Origin: Candidatus Latescibacterota bacterium
GTDB taxonomy: Bacteria > Latescibacterota > UBA2968
Direction: 5' to 3'
Length of the DNA: 64,000 nt
Assembly: GCA_965204745.1 (NCBI GenBank)
Contig: OZ242010.1
Span: forward strand, 3,552,001-3,616,000
The translations under genes and the position numbers were made by a program. The notes under the pieces are model-generated. The model saw only the letters and a list, made by a program, of their open reading frames with translations, did no database searches and had not been told where the DNA came from. Below, piece by piece: positions 60,292 through 64,000 of this stretch; position 1 is the stretch's first letter; each line of letters opens with the position of its first letter.

Positions 60292-61527
60292 TCATCTGCG
60301 TTCTTTTGGTAACCCATTTGCGACTTTGACAATCGCGGCTGCCGCGTCGCGGATGTCGTTTTCGCGCATGTGTTCGTGCAAGCCCCATACGACTACGGTA
60401 CGCAATGCCTGCACCGCGCCCGGGACGAGTTCGGGAACGTAGTTGTATTCGCGGCTCGTCACGCCGTGGTGGAAGGGAAAACCGCTGTTGCCATACGTGC
60501 GTTTCTCGGTCAGATAATTCCCGCGCATAAAAATCGGGTCTTTGATATAATGGGCACTCATGGAAACGCCCTCGGCACGCACGGCATTGCAAAATTCATC
60601 GGGGTCGTGACCCGTGACGTGAAAAACGAAATTCCACCAGGAAACCTCGCGGTCCTCTTCAGGGGGAATGGCCCTTATCCCCGGTGCGTCGGCGATTAAC
60701 TCGCACAGCAACGCGCCCAAGGCGTGACGGCGTTTGACCACGCCGCGCACCTTTTCCAACTGCGCCAATCCAACCGCGCCCTGCATTTCGGTCATGCGGT
60801 AGTTGGGGGCCACAAAAGCGTGATCGCGCTCGCCCATGTACTCGTAATCCCACCCCTTGTCGGAGAACAGCTTGAGGCGGATGTAGGTGTCTCTGTCATG
60901 GGTGATCGTCATCCCCCCGTCGCCCGTGGTCATGTGTTTGGATTGTTGCAAGCTAAAACAACCCATGTGTCCAAACGTGCCCACGTACCGCCCTTTGTAC
61001 TTTGTGGCGTGGCACTGGCTGCAATCTTCTATGAGCGTAAGATGGTGTTTTTCCGCGATTTTCACCACTTCCTCGACATTGCAGGGCCGGCCGAATAGAT
61101 GCACGAGGATGATCGCACGCGTGCGCTCCGTGATGTTGGCTTCAATGGATTCGGGCGTCATGTTCATGGTGAGGGGATCGACATCGGCGAACACGGGCAC
61201 GGCATTTTGAATCAAGATCGGCATCACACTGCCCGGGTCCGTAATGGGCGCGGTGATGATCTCGTCTCCCGGTTCCGGATCGACGACGCCCACCGCGAGG
61301 TGAATGGCCGCGGTGCCGCTGGTCGAACTCTGTGCATGGCCCGTCCCGTAAAAGTCGGCAAATTGCCGTTCAAACTCCTTGACGTACGTGCCGCTCTTGC
61401 CAAACAAATTTTGACTCCGCACGGCCTTCACCAACAAGTCTTCTTCTGTTTTCCCAAACGGCATACGCGCCGGAAAAGGCGCGGTTCGGACTTTCTCCCC
61501 GCCATATACAGCCAATTTTCCGCTCAT
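60292..61527 (-). CDS. DegT/DnrJ/EryC1/StrS family PLP-dependent aminotransferase
   Basis: SGTAAIHLA, PVFADVD, LIEDCSQ, FSLQQSKHMTTGDGG and NYRMTE motifs. Confidence 0.92.
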   Translation of the reverse strand: MSGKLAVYGGEKVRTAPFPARMPFGKTEEDLLVKAVRSQNLFGKSGTYVKEFERQFADFYGTGHAQSSTSGTAAIHLAVGVVDPEPGDEIITAPITDPGSVMPILIQNAVPVFADVDPLTMNMTPESIEANITERTRAIILVHLFGRPCNVEEVVKIAEKHHLTLIEDCSQCHATKYKGRYVGTFGHMGCFSLQQSKHMTTGDGGMTITHDRDTYIRLKLFSDKGWDYEYMGERDHAFVAPNYRMTEMQGAVGLAQLEKVRGVVKRRHALGALLCELIADAPGIRAIPPEEDREVSWWNFVFHVTGHDPDEFCNAVRAEGVSMSAHYIKDPIFMRGNYLTEKRTYGNSGFPFHHGVTSREYNYVPELVPGAVQALRTVVVWGLHEHMRENDIRDAAAAIVKVANGLPKERR

Positions 61528-61753
61528 CCCGTCCTCCGATGTCTTATACCAAATCGACCTATATACCACCTCAACGAATCACTGCTTCGGACAGGCACGG
61601 GGGCCCGTCCCTACGACCGATGAGACAGGGTGAACTAGGTTGTGTTGACATTTCATTTTTTAGACGTTACGCACAGATTAGCAAATGTGTTGCTTGCTCA
61701 TTTAAGGCGTTTGGTCTTACAGCCTCGTTTGCTACCTTCGATGCCTTCGGCGA

Positions 61754-61785
61754 CTTACTTTTTTTCAACAGCAAAAAAAAGTAAG
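61754..61785. terminator. A/T-tract hairpin (possible bidirectional terminator or repeat core)
   Basis: CTTACTTTTTTT-CAACAGC-AAAAAAAAGTAAG inverted repeat. Confidence 0.45.
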
Positions 61786-62103
61786 CAAAAAATGCCGCTC
61801 TCAAACGCCGAGAGGCTTGCACAGCGCAAAGCGCTTTTGTAACAGCACAATATGCGTCAGCCTGCAAAGTGGGTTGCAAGATGGCAGTTGGTTGCGAGAC
61901 GGCCTTGCGCGCTGTGCGTGATAGCTTGATCGGAGGGTGTTTTGCGAGGGCCCTTGTTGTGAGGTTCTTTGAACTGCGGAACGGCAGTGAATACGATGAG
62001 AGGGGTAGCAAAAGCGAGAAAATTGAAGTAGCGATTGTCTGATTTTCTCGATAAACCGCCCCATCTACTTGCGTCTCACCTCTTGCGTCTCACCTCTTCC
62101 CTC

Positions 62104-63522
62104 TCACCTTTCCTTCCCCGCGACTGTGCCGGACACTTTTTTGTTCCCGGCCTGCAAGCGTGCGGCTTGGCTGGCGGAGCCGATGTGCATCGTGTTGTAC
62201 GCGTCTTCGGATGACTTGAACGGCCCATCGTACTCCTTGCGCCCGTGCCAGTTCAGATTCGTGAACATGGGATTGGCGTGGCCCACTTCTTTTTCGCGCT
62301 TGGCGATCCACGCTTCCATCCGGCCGCGCAGCAGCGCGACCACCTCGGGTTCTGCGTCCGCGAGATTGGTGGTCTCGCCCGGATCTTGGATCAAATTGTA
62401 AAGCTCCACTTCGGGCTTAAAATGAAAATCCGGTTCCAACGCCACGATCAACTTCCACTCGGGCGTGCGCCAGCCGTGTTTTCGCATCCACGTACACTCG
62501 GTGATATAAAACTCGGACTCGTGCGTCTTGCACTCGCCGCGCACCATCGGCATCAGGCTACGACCGTCAAACGCGATCTGCGTCTCCACATCCAAAAGCT
62601 CTAAAATCGTGGGCAGCAAATCCTTGTGCTGATTGTACCCATCCACGCGCGCGCCTTCGGGCAACTGCCCGGGCAAGCGCATTGCCAACGGCACTTTCAG
62701 GGTACACTCATAAATGCCGTGGTGGTCGAAATAACAATCGTGCTCGTCCAAGGTCTCGCCGTGGTCCCCATTGATCACCACCAACGTATCATCCCGCAAG
62801 CCGAGTTCGTCCACCCGCGTCAGCAGGCGTTGGATACACGCATCCATGTACGCGATTTCACCGTCGTATTGCGCCACCACAAAGTCCGCGTCCGTAATGC
62901 CCGGCGGCATCCAACTCAAGTGAAAATCCCGAAACGGCTTGAACGCCTTCACCGGTGCCATCGAGGTCTTGGCCGGGTCGCACGGGTCTTTGCTGTAAAA
63001 CATCGAATCGAACGGCGGCGGCGGCAAATAGGGCGCGTGAGGATCCATGTGCCGCAAAAACAGGAAAAACGGTTTGTCGCCTGCGGCCAACCGCTCCAAG
63101 TGGGGCAACGTCACCTCGTTGAGCAACTCGGCCTTTCGCAGGGGACGCTCGTCCCAACTGCCCCAGGCCTGAAAATTGACGTATTCGTCAAACCCGCGAG
63201 AACTCGGATTCCCGGTGAACCCGACGCACAGGGACTCATAACCCTCGTCGCGCAAAATCTCGGGCAAGGTCGCAACCTCGTCGGTCAGCCCGCCCCGGTG
63301 GCGGAGCGCGACCACGTCGGTCGAAAAACAATCCATCCCGGTCAGCATGGACGCGTACGCAGGCGTCGTGGGGATGTGCGCGCTAAACGTGTTTTCAAAC
63401 AAGACGCCCTGCGTGGCGAACTCGTCGATATTCGGCGTGGTCAAGCGGTGATAGCCGTAACAACTCATGTGATCCGACCACAGGCTGTCGATGCCGAACA
63501 AAATCAAATTCTTTTTTTTCAT
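62104..63522 (-). CDS. Sulfatase-like hydrolase (alkaline phosphatase superfamily)
   Basis: NLIL..IDSL..DH...YGY...TPNID, DPH.PY, YDGEI, DHGE, HG and ELYNL..DPGE motifs. GAGGAG RBS. Confidence 0.88.
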   Translation of the reverse strand: MKKKNLILFGIDSLWSDHMSCYGYHRLTTPNIDEFATQGVLFENTFSAHIPTTPAYASMLTGMDCFSTDVVALRHRGGLTDEVATLPEILRDEGYESLCVGFTGNPSSRGFDEYVNFQAWGSWDERPLRKAELLNEVTLPHLERLAAGDKPFFLFLRHMDPHAPYLPPPPFDSMFYSKDPCDPAKTSMAPVKAFKPFRDFHLSWMPPGITDADFVVAQYDGEIAYMDACIQRLLTRVDELGLRDDTLVVINGDHGETLDEHDCYFDHHGIYECTLKVPLAMRLPGQLPEGARVDGYNQHKDLLPTILELLDVETQIAFDGRSLMPMVRGECKTHESEFYITECTWMRKHGWRTPEWKLIVALEPDFHFKPEVELYNLIQDPGETTNLADAEPEVVALLRGRMEAWIAKREKEVGHANPMFTNLNWHGRKEYDGPFKSSEDAYNTMHIGSASQAARLQAGNKKVSGTVAGKER

Positions 63523-63571
63523 ATCGTTCTCCTCAAAAACATCAGTCGGGGCCGTCTGCGTCATCTGCGGG

Positions 63572-64000
63572 TCAAAAGCCCTCCGCGATCTTTCTGAACC
63601 CATCGCCGTAGGCTTTCAGGGTCGCATCTGCGTCGTGATCGCTGCCGGGTTTGTGAATGACCTCGACGGAAAAGAACCCGTCGAATCCCGCGGCGTGCAA
63701 CAATTTGAGGGGCGTGGCGTGATCCAAATCGCCGTGGCCCAGCGCGACGGTTGTAATCCGGCCGTTTTCATCGTCATAACGCCCGTCGTGTGCGTGCAGG
63801 TGTTTGGTCAGCGCCCCGATAGTTCGCATGGTTTCTTCGGGGCGTTCCATGTGCCGTTGCGGGTGCATCAAATCCCACAGCACGCCCATGTTGGGATGAT
63901 TCACTTTCTCGACCACAGCGCGCACTTGCGCGGAAACGCACCATTCGTCGTGCGTCTCCATCAGCACAACGACCCCGCGCTCGGCGGCGTGATCCATCAC
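63572..64000 (-). CDS. Sugar phosphate isomerase/epimerase family protein, 5'-partial
   Basis: METHD, WD..H, HLHAHD and GFDG..SVE motifs. Runs off the window end. Confidence 0.8.
   Translation of the reverse strand: MMDHAAERGVVVLMETHDEWCVSAQVRAVVEKVNHPNMGVLWDLMHPQRHMERPEETMRTIGALTKHLHAHDGRYDDENGRITTVALGHGDLDHATPLKLLHAAGFDGFFSVEVIHKPGSDHDADATLKAYGDGFRKIAEGF

Overview
GC-rich bacterial chromosomal segment. The gene content resembles sponge-associated or environmental lineages such as Latescibacterota or Poribacteria (inference only). It starts inside a >5,160-aa Fn3/GLUG/Calx-beta surface protein. Next come a putative single-strand annealing protein operon, metabolic genes (glycerate kinase, PhyH dioxygenase, amidohydrolase, isomerases, enolase-family enzyme) and a class A PBP. 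These are followed by three tandem mosaic AAA-ATPase/PD-(D/E)XK paralogs, a type III restriction-modification locus, a VanX-like dipeptidase, GtrA, VapBC, rfbC, purL and recQ. The end holds an IS/AddB-like deletion scar, a low-GC SF1 helicase, a MacB-type permease, a DegT aminotransferase, a sulfatase-like enzyme and a partial isomerase. The main discovery is three copies of an IS110 (IS621-like) element. Its non-coding left end can be read as a complete bridge RNA. Its donor guides match the element's own circle junction (AGAGTAT-CT-TGTAT). Its target guides match the host's 7-nt tandem repeat arrays, and all three copies sit in the identical site CTCCCCT-CT-TGCCTCT. Empty copies of that site are also present. 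Heptamer arrays, GTAG-type REP-like repeats and other dispersed repeats fill most intergenic regions.
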